Shown here piece after piece: positions 13,996 to 27,158 of a stretch of 64,000 bases of DNA (position 1 is its first letter; every line of letters starts with the position of its first letter). Origin of the DNA: Trichoplax sp. H2 (lineage: Eukaryota); NCBI GenBank assembly GCA_003344405.1, contig NOWV01000119.1, positions 124,001-188,000 of the forward strand, in the 5' to 3' direction. Both the position numbers and the translations under genes were made by a program. Under the pieces are notes generated by a model. The model was not told the origin of the DNA. It made no database searches and saw nothing but the letters and a program-made list of their open reading frames with translations.

Positions 13996-15135
13996 CTAGC
14001 AATTGGATGTACAGCGCGATGAAATACTAGAACTTTCATCGTCATCTTTAAGCAGTGTATGCTCTTGGAAGCGATGGAATAAATTACGGAAATGATCAGT
14101 AACTCTTCTAAATAGTAGATAAAAGATTTGTTGCAGTCGCTGTCGAAAATATTGATTAAAAACACAAAAAAGTATAGGATTATATAAGCTTGTTAGGAGA
14201 AATGAAGTTTGCGATAGATGAACAAGATAGATGAGCACTCCTTTACTATGTTTATAAATTTTACTTAAATTTTGACGCTGAATAGTCATCCAAGCTAATA
14301 CTATAGTCCAAGGCAAAGCCAGTATCATAAAAGCAATGGTAACAAGAACCGCCATCTTAATAACATCACTGATATATTTACCAGGGTGCCTCGCTCGGCG
14401 TATTTGCTGTAGATGAGTTGGAATAGTTATATAGGGTAGTGCATAGGCTATCGTTCGTTTAAGTTCATTTTGATTATTTGGCATGATTTTTTTACTACGA
14501 AAAATCTGTGAATGGCGACGGCGATAGCGTAAACGAGTTATGAGGTATCCATAAGTATAAAACATAATAATTAACGGTACTATATATTGAGTGGTAATTA
14601 TGATGCCAGCATAAACTTGATTATAAGTGGAATTCTTATATTGGATAACTTCGCATGGAAGATGCATCTGAGGCACAGCAGTAATAATCTGGATAAAAGG
14701 GATCGACATTATTATTCCAATTATCCAAGTTATAATTATTATCAAATGTATATTTTTCTTTTTGGTGACCTTTCGATGAGGATGGATTACTGCGTTATAT
14801 CTTTCGATGCTCATTGCAGTTAGAGTTTGTGTTGCAGTAATATAAGTAATTAACTGGCATGGCCCAAAGAACTTGCAAACGATACGCAATGATGATATTG
14901 GCCAGTCTATGGATTCAAAGACGCCTAAAGCTATAGTATATATTAAAATTGATGCTGCACAAATGGCATCCGCAAGAGTCATATTGGCTATCAGATAATA
15001 TGTTGGTTTATGTAAAGTTTTAGTCGTACGTATGGTAATTAAGATAAATAAGTTACCAATAATTGCTACGCAAGAGAATGGAAAAAAAATCCCTATAAAA
15101 ATGGCGACATCATCAGTTGAATTCTTAATCGCCAT
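13996..15135 (-). CDS. Intronless class A (rhodopsin-like) GPCR, 379 aa
   Basis: Seven hydrophobic segments with TM1 GN, TM2 LAD, TM3 Cys and SIERY, TM4 W, ECL2 Cys, TM5 P, TM6 LP and TM7 NPILF, followed by an F..R.R helix 8. Confidence 0.93.
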   Translation of the reverse strand: MAIKNSTDDVAIFIGIFFPFSCVAIIGNLFILITIRTTKTLHKPTYYLIANMTLADAICAASILIYTIALGVFESIDWPISSLRIVCKFFGPCQLITYITATQTLTAMSIERYNAVIHPHRKVTKKKNIHLIIIITWIIGIIMSIPFIQIITAVPQMHLPCEVIQYKNSTYNQVYAGIIITTQYIVPLIIMFYTYGYLITRLRYRRRHSQIFRSKKIMPNNQNELKRTIAYALPYITIPTHLQQIRRARHPGKYISDVIKMAVLVTIAFMILALPWTIVLAWMTIQRQNLSKIYKHSKGVLIYLVHLSQTSFLLTSLYNPILFCVFNQYFRQRLQQIFYLLFRRVTDHFRNLFHRFQEHTLLKDDDESSSISSRCTSNC

Positions 15136-17519
15136 GATAAATTAAGTAGCTTGATGATCCTACGCTACCGTATGTATTTGTATTAGTCAGGGTGTGAATA
15201 GTGATTTCTTTTACTTCTTTCCTTTCCTTGGCAGTTTGATCTTCAATCGACAATAGGTTATGATGAATAAGAGAAGAACCTGCAGGATTTTAAGTTTTGC
15301 TATATAAATTACCTACAAATATTAAACAAGAGATTAAAATTATATAATTTTCTACTTCCTTTTCTCTTGTAAATAAAAGCTTATATCGACAATAGATCGG
15401 ATAATCAAAAATAGTTAGGAAGCATTTTAAGTTTGAGAGTATAAATTACTTGCAAAATCGACTAAGAAATTAGAACTACTTTCTCTACCGCTTACTTCCT
15501 TGCAAATAAATCTCTACTCCATCAACTTTTCGTAGCCGTAAGTGATTAGGAAACGTTTTGATTACAGTATGAGTTCCAACGTGCTGATTACTAGTTTTGT
15601 AAAAATAGCTAATATCAAAAAGTAGAATGTAACAACTAATAAGTCTAAAGCTTATACTGCTATTTATATGATCTGGTCTAGATAAATCAAGCTAGGATAG
15701 TTATATTTATAAACTATATTACCAATTAGCGAACAATGACCGTATGTCTTTACTATAACTCTGTTTATTATTAGTATCAATAGAACATGGTAAATAATCT
15801 GCTGCTTCGTAAAGTAATAAATAATTTAATTAGGACTTGCAAAATAATTATAATTTCCATCGTACTCGTAAACAGAGATGATAGTGATGACAAACATTAT
15901 CCAATTTATGCTAGTATAACGAGAAAGAGACAAAGATTGAAGATAAATAGTTAATAATTCGATCAAATCGTTAATTAATGTAAATTATTGTCATTATACT
16001 GTAGTTAAAATAAATAGTAACAAACATCGATTACCTTAACGGCTATTCTGTTCCCTTGAATAATTTATAATACAAAATATTACCGCTATTTCTAGCCAGA
16101 GAATTTATCCGGAAGTAAATTAATTCGAAATTTCTGTAAAGTGTGTTATACAGCTTTATCTAATTCTAAAGACGTTGATTGCCAATGACATCAGCCAGAT
16201 TTCCGCTTACAGATCCCAAATCTTAAATAAAAGATCAATCTTAAATTATTTGTTATCTTGTTGATTAAATGCTTATCGTATACGTGTATGTATATTTGTT
16301 CTTTTCTTTATAAACTTGATTTATATACAGTATTTTTTATTTGAATCATAACCTCATATTAGTAATAATCTCATGAAAGCACTCGAAACTCTTTATTTGA
16401 GTTATTAATAAAGCATTATTTCATAAATTTGTTTGTATCTATTTCTTTATTGGTAAAGTGCAATAATATGCTGAATGAACTTGTAGAAAGTTGAAAATAG
16501 AATTAAGAAAGATTAATACGCTCATTTTAACGTAATATTTATCGTAAAAATAGCATAACGCTGTTCATCAAATATTTGCATCATTATCAAGCCGGATATG
16601 AGCCGTAAATCATGTCTTGTGTGATGTCTATAACTAATCTAAATATACGAAGCAGACATCTTTGAGTATGAATACCAAACATGAAAATGAACTCAAGTCA
16701 AACGATAATTTTACATCTCTAGTATAGCAGAGGCTTAGATGTATTCTAAAACAGTAAAATTTATTGTTAATCTTATTAATTCAGGTAGCAAATCGCCATT
16801 GCCGTACATATGCAGTGAATTGGATCATTTCTGAGTTCAATTATCTGAAGAAAATTGATTATTTTATAAACTAAGTAAGAACGAGTCTTTGTATCATAAT
16901 TACTTTTAATCAAATTATGTTTCTAAGATGGTGAGACATTACAACACTTATTTTTCAAGTTTTCAGACATGACGGTAATATCGTGGAAACAATCTTATCA
17001 TAACTTACAGGGTCATGACTCTGCTAGGCGGTACGAGTCATGACAGTACAATCGAACAGTTAACAATTATTAACTTCGTATTAGCAATAATGAGAAAACT
17101 GTATCAGTTGCATTCGATGTTTCATCTTTAGTGAGACATAATCATAACTTTTATATATTTAATCTATAGCACTTTTTGCTAGTCAAACAGAAATAAAGAC
17201 GAACACGCACTTAAATTCTACACTTGAACATCATTCGTAATTAAAATTCAAAATACCAAGGTCGCACAACATATCTCATTGCTGCTTGGAGATTCATCGC
17301 AATAGAAAATGTTCGCTTAGCCAAAGGAGAAGTAAGATTATATTACAAGAAATTTATACAAACATTAATATACTATAAAAGCAGGACATAAAACTCATTC
17401 TACGTCATAAAATTTAAGGAAGTATAGCCTATGCGGAATTTTAAAAATTCTTAACATTTGATATATTTGATATCGATATTTTCTTTTATACAATACTGCA
17501 CTACACAAATAATATCTCT

Positions 17520-20500
17520 TTAATTCTCAATTTCCGGAAAAATTTCAGTTATTAACGTATCCAGTAAAACATAAAGGAGCTATAAAAGAAGTGTATTTTA
17601 AAATTCATTAGCAATGCAGTGTTATCCAGTTATAATTCCTACGTGAAATAGAAAATACTGTTGAATAATTACCTGCCGGTTTAATTTGGGATACTGCAGC
17701 ATTTGAAATGCAATACCGACTCCATCACGATATTTCGATTTACCAATCCATTTTGGTAGAAGGTCTACATATATAATAGTTGGTGTGGGATTCATACATA
17801 GCGTTTATAATTATTACTCTATTTGCTGTATTGCTTTTTAACGCGATTTAATGTACATTTCAAAATATAGATTCTTTACCTGGAAGAAAGTTTATAAAAC
17901 GCTCAAACGCCTCAGTCTTTTTTGCCTCAATTTCAGCCTGTGTCCTATTTTAATGTCAAAATTAAAGCCGTGTCACTTAACTGAAAGATATATTGTAATC
18001 CTCACTTCCTTTATTGATATAAATTATAATAAATGTTTCATCATACTTTGGAGAATCCGGAGGACCGAAGATGGCATCTAAAAAGTTTATGAATTTAGTG
18101 GTTACAACGAATGTAAGTCACGGTATTTATTCATATGACGTTGGTTAAAAATAATTATCCACATGAGATATATAATACCTTGTAACAACTTGATTATAGT
18201 TACTTGGTAATACTCATTCTCCAGCTTCGCTAACCTTACCGTTATCAACCTAGGTTAAAGCATTTATTATACCAATAAATTTGAAGCAAACGAGGGATTT
18301 TAATTCGTGGCTATCACATATTTCTACTCCTAAATGTTTATTCAGCTATAACGTAATCTATTATTAGCTTACCTATCTAGAATATTTTCTAAAAGGCTGT
18401 CTGGTAAGGCTTTCAATACTAATAAAAGAAGTTTTGATATTCCACTGGCTTTAAATACGTGATGTGCTGCATTTTTTAATCATATTAAGAAATTAGCATT
18501 AATGCCAGCTTATCGCTTACTTTATTAAATATATATAGAAAATATATCAAAACTGAGCGCACCTAAGTAGATGAAGTAATCTGTCATCTTTGTGAACGGG
18601 ATTACTTTATTGTCTAAGAAAAATATGAAAGATTAGCCGGGCCATTTTGTATCTAAATCATAAAGCTCTATAGTAATAATGTTACCGTCTGACTCCTTCA
18701 CATCCTCGAAAGAGTGTCTGTGATAATAAATTACGTCAACGAAAGGACATTGGTATTTGTTAGATATTAAATTAAAGCTGCCAGGCAATTAAGCAATATT
18801 TACTATAGTTAAAAATGACTTCACAATTATAGCAATATTTAACAGCTGCGAAGGGCTGATTTTGCCTAGCTTACATTTGTAACAGATCACATAAGTCAAT
18901 TTCAGGCTCAGGAGCTAATTGAAACTGATTGATTAAAAGATATTGGTAAATGACACATAGGTAAACTGTTAATCAGAAATATTGTAATCTACTGACCTCA
19001 GGTACTTCTGTATCTTGTGATATACTTAGTCTATAACAGATGGAATAAAACATATTACGAACTGAATCGTGTATATTGCATGCTACAATTCATACACGGG
19101 TCGGCCATAATTGTTCAGCTAATGTTTTAATTGTACAACTTATGAGGTTTTCAACTGACCTCCCACTATCGTTGTCTGCTTCAATGGCCGTATGAGCGAA
19201 GTTCTGAAGGAAGATATCGATGGACTGCCCTTTCTATATGGCGTTAGTAATAATTGCAATAGTTATCATTTATTGTTATAAGAACGAATACATATTAATT
19301 AATGAAACTTAAAAATCTATTTACCTCCTTTTTAAACATTGTTGGGACCTGCTTGAAAAATTTATCTTGGAAGAAGTAAGCAATATGACATATTCCATTT
19401 CAGATGATAAATATTTGATTAAGATCTGGAAAAATAAGTAAATGATATTACCGTAGAGAGCAGTACCTGCTTTCTTAAGGATTACATCGGGTTCGAACAT
19501 GTGTTCGAATCTTTCATCAGGTGACAGAAATGCATATAGTAGACCACTTGATGTTAGGAAAGGCTTCGAACAAAGATCCTGATAAATAAACAGTTGGGTT
19601 ATGTGTACAGTTTTTTTACTGTAACGCACTGAAATATCCTTGTTAAAATATGCTACAACTCTAACTTGTAAATAGTGCTCCATGAACATTTTCCTAGATT
19701 CGAAAAATTCCCAGGATTTATTACTAAACGCTTTCCTGTTCGGTAATAAACTATCATCCAGATTCTCTGCAATTATAAACGTCTAAACTATGAGATTCAA
19801 ATATTATCAATAACATCTCTTCTGAATAGGAATATAAGTTACGATTATTTGCCTTTTGAAGTTACCTTCATGAAATTCCTTTAGCTTATTATGGAGAACG
19901 TAGAATTCCATCAATCCCCTACGAAAAATGATAGGATATACAAGCCTAATAAATACAACTATTTCCCTTATAAATGTAGGCCAATGACTTGAATCTTTAG
20001 GTTTAACTACAAATGCTTGCTTGTTGTCATACAAGCAACTACTTAATTAGCAATTTAAGGCCGCATAGTTGTGAACCTTCTGACAGTCCATGCACGCTCA
20101 TCAGCAGTATTGCCTGTTATCACATAAAAAGATAAACATGTTAAATGTGTACAGTCTGTTAACTTGTATGGTAATCTTAAATCGTACTGTCTTCCGATTC
20201 TTCTCTCCTTGAAACAGAAATGTGATAAGCAGAAATCTACAGAAAGATAAATACACCATGTCGTTAAATTATCAAGTTTGAAACATTGAAGTTTCCCAAT
20301 ATCAACGAGCAAATTGGTACCTGTCTTCCATTACTATCGCTTTTAACGGTTGCTTCAGGAACTTCGATAAACCACTTGCTTATGTCGTAATTCTGATCGA
20401 ATAATAACTCCGAAGCGTTGCTTTCAGACTTCTGTCTACCATAAACTGTTTCTCCAATTCCATCATGTGAATTGCTGTGTGAGCCAATTTCCTAAATATG

Positions 20501-23500
20501 TAATAAATCTGGCATAAATCTTGCTCCTGACATAATAACGTTAACGATGCGTAACTACTAGAATGGGATTATCTTTATCAATTACCACCTCTTTATCATC
20601 GATTATACTTGAACGGCTTGACCCTTCCACTATTTTCACAAGTTAAAATAAAGCATAACAAAAATTTGTGGTTAATATGATAGGTCAAAATAGTGTAATT
20701 ATAACATGTCCGTACCCAATCCGGGCATTGATTTTTTTTTAGAAGCTGGCATCTTGTGCGCTGAACTCTTCCTACCCCACGAAATTCTCTTATCCTTATT
20801 TTCATTAGTTTTTTGAGAAAATTTGATTTTGTAAAACTACAATAAAATATACAAACGCAAACGTATTATGAACTAAGAGACCGTCTAGATACTGCATGGA
20901 AAGCAACCCTTGTTGCTGTTGTAATTTTCATATTTGCAGCCGAACCCAATCCGATAGTACCTCTTCCGACTCATAAAAGTTTGGCAAATATACATTTTCT
21001 AATGTTGCCATTATGTATCCGTATGCACGATACAGCGGATTTGCTAAACGAATGTAAAGTAGCGCATCTTTCTTGTTGGCGATAAGCTTTTCTATTTCAG
21101 AGACGATACCTCGGGAACACGGAATTTTACTGGGAGCATCAGGCGCGAAATATTCTGCATATATTTGCAGAGCCTGTCTATTTATGTCTTCAATTTCATT
21201 CGATGCCGAATTTACTTTGGAACCGCGGTTAGTAAAATCCTCTATTGTATTGAGCAACAGTAATTTTATTAACATTGCACGTCACGAAATCTTTAATGCT
21301 ATAGATATGCAAGGACGGTTTGTAAGTCTAATCTTACCTACAGTCCTGCAAAAACTAACTAGATGAATGACGCCTCTTCGTTGCATAAATTTTTGAAAAG
21401 GAAATAACATCGTTGGCTCTGACATAGCTTTCTGCAAGGACGTATGGAAGGGCTAATAGGGAAAGAATAGGTCATAGATTAAAAATTAAAAAAGGTACTC
21501 AAAAAATTATGATGCATATGCGTTTACATGGCAGATCGATACAGTTTTCCTCTTTTGAAACGCTGATAGAATGGGCACTCGAGGTAAGTGAGAATCATCA
21601 GGACAATCGATCTATTTTATACGCCAAATTCAATATAGTTAATAAATGCATGGGAAGGAGCCTAACAGTTTGCTAAACATCGGTTGTCTAGTTTACCTTT
21701 GTTGGATCACAGAATGAATATATGGCTGTGTTGATTACATTCTACATCAAGTACATATGCATGAAATTGAAATACAACGAAAAAAGTTTTAGCTTAGCAA
21801 TTTACGATAGGAGGTAAGAATTCTTATCAATAACCTACACAACTTATGGCACTAAATAAAAATAAAATAATTTCATTTTGAATAAAAATTATTAATTATT
21901 ATAAACATGATATTTTGCGATCCATACCGGTTCAGATACAGTATGTAGAGCTTTATGCAAAATCGTGCAGCAAAAAATTTCTCTGAAGAGGGTACGAAGT
22001 GACCTTTACGAATTAGTAGATAGAGGTTACAGATTGCCATATATTCGGCGATGTCCAGTATTGAAAAATAATCAAATATGACAAGAGCAAGACTTCAACT
22101 AGTGTACCTGCAATTCTCTAGATCTGCGGGAATAACGATTGTTACGATTGAATTTGCTAGAGATCGTAAATAAAACACTTCTTTTTCTTTACTTCTCATG
22201 GCAACATGTAAATTCGGTCCCAATAAACGTAAAGTTTCTAATTCAAGATCTTTTTCATTACCATCGCCTATACATTAATTGTTGCGTATTAATTAAGTTT
22301 GACTGATAGTCAAATTTCAGCCTTTATACCCCACATAATTAGTTCTGCGGTGATAATGATAAATAAAGCATAGTCTTACAGAGCTGTTTTGCTTTCACAA
22401 ATACATCTAGTTGCTGAAATGAGGCCTTAAATACTTTTTCCATTAGTACTGAAGTTAAGTCGATCTAAAAGTGTTTGAAATTGTAAAGAAAATATAAAAA
22501 ATATCCGTCATTGCTGTACAAAAAATAAATATGCAGTAATCACAGAAGGTATACAGTAAAACTAGAGCATTTTATGCGATATTTTACCCTTATAGCTCTA
22601 ACGGTAAGGCTGGAAACAATAAATCGAATCGACTCTCTGATGCTGTTCACTAGGCCTTCATGAGAGCTGAATTGGCTACAAATAAATTGGATGGAATATG
22701 TTATTATACAAACATACTGCATTGTATGGTAGCTGTTGCAGATTATGATTGATGAAAGTATAGAACGTTATCTTGCTTCTACGGTAAAAGCATACCTGTA
22801 CCAATAATAGACATAATTCTCCAAAAGTAAATTGAAAAACTAGCAGTAGAACCACCGTTAGTGCAAAGAAATATTATGATGTAATTCAGTGTAAATATAT
22901 ACCGAGAAGCAGTTGCCTACCTCCGTTAAGGCATCATCGACTTTTTCCGTTACCGAAGTGTTTATCCAAGGCTATAAAGGGAATTGGCAAATGAGAAAGG
23001 AAATACGCATTACTACGATATCATTCAGGCACAAATTGTTGTAAAATATAGTGAGGTAGTTACGGATGTACGAATATAAATAATGATGGTGTCGTTTAAA
23101 ATTCACCTCTAGCTGGGAAACGGTTGACATGGGTCTAATGGTTAACAGAAATAGAATATTTTAATATCATGAGTAGGATGCAATGAAAGAATGTCTTTAA
23201 GCAGTTTGTATTGTGGTAAACAGTTTCATCAATTGGAATACAGAATTGTACAAGCACGTTAGCATACAATATGCATGAATGTAATAGACATGAAGGTTAA
23301 TTTTTGAACGTTTTTCATGATTAGGCTGGCTTCCATCATAACAATATTTAAGGATCAGAATACGAATGAATGTACGTATTCAATCCTATTTCTTTGCATA
23401 CCGATGCCTTCTGCAACCAGGGGTGTCACAAACTTTGCACACGCTACTATCGACTCGCTTTCTAGGCTATAGTTCAAAATATATGCCCAAATAGACAAAT

Positions 23501-24172
23501 TGAGTTGTTTTATCACCAGAATTGATAACAAAGATAATGCTATGCCAATTGCATCCACTGATATTAGGTTTACAATCATTATTTATTTTCCAAATATATA
23601 TATATATATATATATATTGTTCTAGGCGTATTAATCAAGGCTGCCAACATTGATCGCACTAAAAGGTATTGTACGCTTACCTTCTTCTTTCTCGTTAGCA
23701 TGATCACCTCAGTTAAATGTCGGTATGTGCTAGAGAAAGACGATGGAAAAGATAAATCAAGCATAGAAGGTGTGAATAATCATTTACGACAGCAAAAACA
23801 AGGAGTGAACAAGGTCAATATTTCTTGACTATGAAAGTTAATCAGTAGTTGTACTTTTAAGAGCATACCTGTAACATGATAGACTAGCATAAAATCCAAG
23901 CCCAGCGACCCATAAACCAATGAGTAGATGGATACGACTGTTTATATTATGAAGAAATGGACAACATTGTTATCCAATTGAAATTGAAAAGGAGCCAGAA
24001 AAATTGGAATCCAATTCAAATGGACAGCTCCATCCATAAAATTAGTGCTGCTTAATATTACTATTTATGTTTTTTAGTTGCCTTACATGGATAACGTAAA
24101 GGTTAGGAATAGCAACATGATAGCCACAAAAAGTAGGCCATCATGGATTTGGTTGCCATTCAGTAATACCAT
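17520..24172 (-). CDS. SNX14: Sorting nexin-14 (two TM, PXA, RGS, PX, PXC domains); many short exons
   Basis: Spliced peptides: MVLLNG..FVAIMLLFLTF (TM); CKVCDTPGCRRHR; PWINTSVTEKVDDALTE/FFNLLLENYVYYWYR (PXA); FQKFMQRE...IYAEYFAPDAPSKIP (RGS); EFYVLHNKLKEFH...LLYAFLSP (PX); KGQSIDIFLQNF; and the terminal LLYVLLDTLITEIFPEIEN*. Boundaries are GT-AG. Confidence 0.92.
23594..23617. repeat. (TA)n microsatellite in an SNX14 intron
   Basis: Uninterrupted TA run. Confidence 0.9.
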
Positions 24173-24746
24173 ATTTCCACTTGATAGAGCATTGATCCTC
24201 GATGAGGAAGAAGTTGCTTCTACTGTAACCAATACCCCTGAAGTATTCACTCAACTTGAAACATCAAATAGTACTAGAATTGCAATAGAAAGAAGCCAAA
24301 TGAGCTTAAAACGCGATTTTATCCTAGCATCCACTCCAGTATCCAGAGGTAGGTGAATAAAACTCCAAGGTTACCTCATCACACCAGGCCGTTTAGGTCC
24401 ATCAAGCGCTTTTTAAGCGAGTCGCCGTACTATTGCATAAATATTAGAGAATCGTATGCCTCGTTAGATATAGTTCTACGCAGTACCCTAGACCTTCTCC
24501 GTCTCATCAGGTGTGCAAGGAACTCTACCGGACTCGCGGACGGACAGTCGAGTTGCAGACCATGGTGCATCCTTGTGTACGCTAGTGTACTGTACACGAT
24601 GACTACCTCTGTGGCTGTTTAGGAATACAGGACTACTACTGCTAGTACTGTACATTAGGTCCACGGACTGCTCAAAAAGCAATTTTACCCTAGAGTAAAC
24701 TCTCATCTCCACTTCTACCTCACTCTTACTTTATAATATACTGCAT

Positions 24747-25692
24747 ATATGTATTCTAAAGCAAGAGTAGGGATGTGGCGATGTGCATTCTAACGTAAGA
24801 GTAGGGATATGGAGATGTGCATTCTAAAGTAAGAGTAGGGATATGGAGATGTGCATTCTAAAGTAAGAGTAGGGATATGGAGATGTGCATTCTAGAGTAA
24901 GAGTAGGGATATCGAGATGTGCATTCTAAAGTAAGAGTAGGGATATCGAGATGTGCATTCTAAAGTAAGAGTAGGGATATCGAGATGTGCATTCTAAAGT
25001 AAGAGTAGGGATGTGGCGATGTGCATTCTAGAGTAAGAGTAGGGATATCGAGAAGTGCATTCTAAAGTAAGAGTAGGGATATCGAGATGTGCATTCTAAA
25101 GTAAGAGTAAGGATGTGGCGATGTGCATTCTGAAGTAAGAGTAGGGATATCGAGACGTGCATTCTAAAGTAAGAGTAGGGATGTGGCGATGTGCATTCTA
25201 AAGTAAGAGTAGGGATATCGAGACGTGCATTCTAGAGTAAGAGTAGGGATATCGAGATGTGCATTCTAACGTTACAGTAGGGATATGGAGATGTGCATTC
25301 TAGAGTAAGAGTAGGGATATCGAGATGTGCATTCTAAAGTTAGAGTAGGGATATCGAGATGTGCATTCTAAAGTAAGAGTAAGGATGTGGCGATGTGCAT
25401 TCTGAAGTAAGAATAGGGATATCGAGATGTGCATTCTAAAGTAAGAGTAAGGATGTGGCGATGTGCATTCTAAAGTAAGAGTAGGGATATCGAGACGTGC
25501 ATTCTAAAGTAAGAGTAGGGATATCGAGACGTGCATTCTAAAGTAAGAGCAGGGATATGGAGATGTGCATTCTAAATTAAGAGTAGGGATATCGAGACGT
25601 GCATTCTAAAGTTAGAGTAGGGATATCGAGATGTGCATTCTAAAGTAAGAGCAGGGATGTAGAGATATGCATTCTAAAGTAAGAGTAGGGGA
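24747..25692. repeat. Young 34-bp minisatellite, ~27.5 copies
   Basis: Unit GTAAGAGTAGGGATATCGAGATGTGCATTCTAAA starts at 24761, 24795, 24829 and so on to 25679, at an exact 34-bp period. Confidence 0.98.
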
Positions 25693-27158
25693 TGAGGAGG
25701 TGGGAGTTTTAGGGTAGAATTTATTCTATCCTAAAACCTGTTAGTTCTATCATAGGCTAACTTCTACCTCCGATAAATGGACCAATAGGAATTGGTATCC
25801 GTCCATTGGCAATATTAAGCCCTTTCAACTCAGCGTAAACTGATTTCCCATTAATTAAGCCTGTCCATATTACCATTTCGATTTTTGATACTTCAAAAAA
25901 ATGAAATAGTGCTATACTAGAACATATATACTGTCGATACTGTAGCAGTGTTACACCCATCGAGGACTACTGCAGAGCTAAAGAAAAACACCTCTATGGC
26001 TGCGATAGGGACTTCTAAAGAGAAATAGTTTTCCTTGAAGTTCCTGGTTAGGCTAGCTGTCGACAGCTACCAATAGCGCTTCATGAAAATATCGCATTAG
26101 GAAGTTACTGAAATTGAATAAGTTTTCAAAAGTAAATTTGTAATCTGCATGCTCTCCTGACTCCAATGATATTGTGATGGTCAATGCTCAACCTCGAACC
26201 TTAAAGGCTTTACAAGTCAACCTGGAAATTTTTGACAATCCTAGGATTGATCAGATCGGTAATACAAGTTGTAAGCTATAAAGATTGTTGATATCACTTT
26301 ATAGCCGGGCTTACACGCCAGGCGTGTTAGCGTCTTAGTAGTCATGTACGGCTTAGCTGAGAATACATCAGGCTGTATAAGTACTGTATAGTACAGTAGT
26401 TCTAGAGTTGCAGCACCCAAGGAAAGTAAATCTGTGGCTATTCCTTGGAAAATGTGTGACCAAATTTGTAGAGTTTCTATTTCTGCCAAGTTTGACTGCC
26501 AGACACTTTCCTGGCTATTTGTTTGATGCTTGCAGTCAGACTGAGACTCATACAGATAATTGCCGTGGGCTCACAGATCTAGCTTGAGCAGCCTGCGTTT
26601 AACAGTAACTCTCTTCTTTCTTTACGTATGTACTATAGCACCTACACTGGACTCTAAAGACATCATGCAAAGTAGCGAGCATTTAGGGTCATTCAGCCAT
26701 TGGAATTTTCCATCAAGTACAAACATATTGGTATTAATTCGTGCTATTGCAACTTCGCTGGAGTACCTAAATCGAAAGTACTAATACTTCTGCGATATCC
26801 TATCACAGTAGAACTTTACTCACTAATCCTGATTGGACACAGTATTCTACTGTGCGTAGGCTCACTAAATTACACGAACAATATAGTTTGAAACTAACTG
26901 AGCTTTTAACTTGTAAATATCTTACGAAGGTCTCTTTTCCTGTACCATTACTAAAGTATGCAGTAAAGCAACAATATCTGACATGCAGTACAAAGTTGCT
27001 AGCTGTAACCACTAGTATTGCATTCATGTCATCTAATTGCTATTAATAAACATAGAGTATCTTCATTTAACAGGTAAACTTTATTGTAACCGATGCATTT
27101 TTACAACAATTTTCGATAGCTTCACGGAATGACGTAAAACTGGTTAACAGCCATTCAC

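Noticed and set aside
24747-25692. 34-bp repeats as a CRISPR array
   Set aside because: The units are contiguous with no unique spacers, there are no cas genes, and the context is eukaryotic.
25757-27046. Several 60-80 aa ORFs between the minisatellite and RPL10
   Set aside because: They overlap on both strands and show no domain signature or consistent exon chain.
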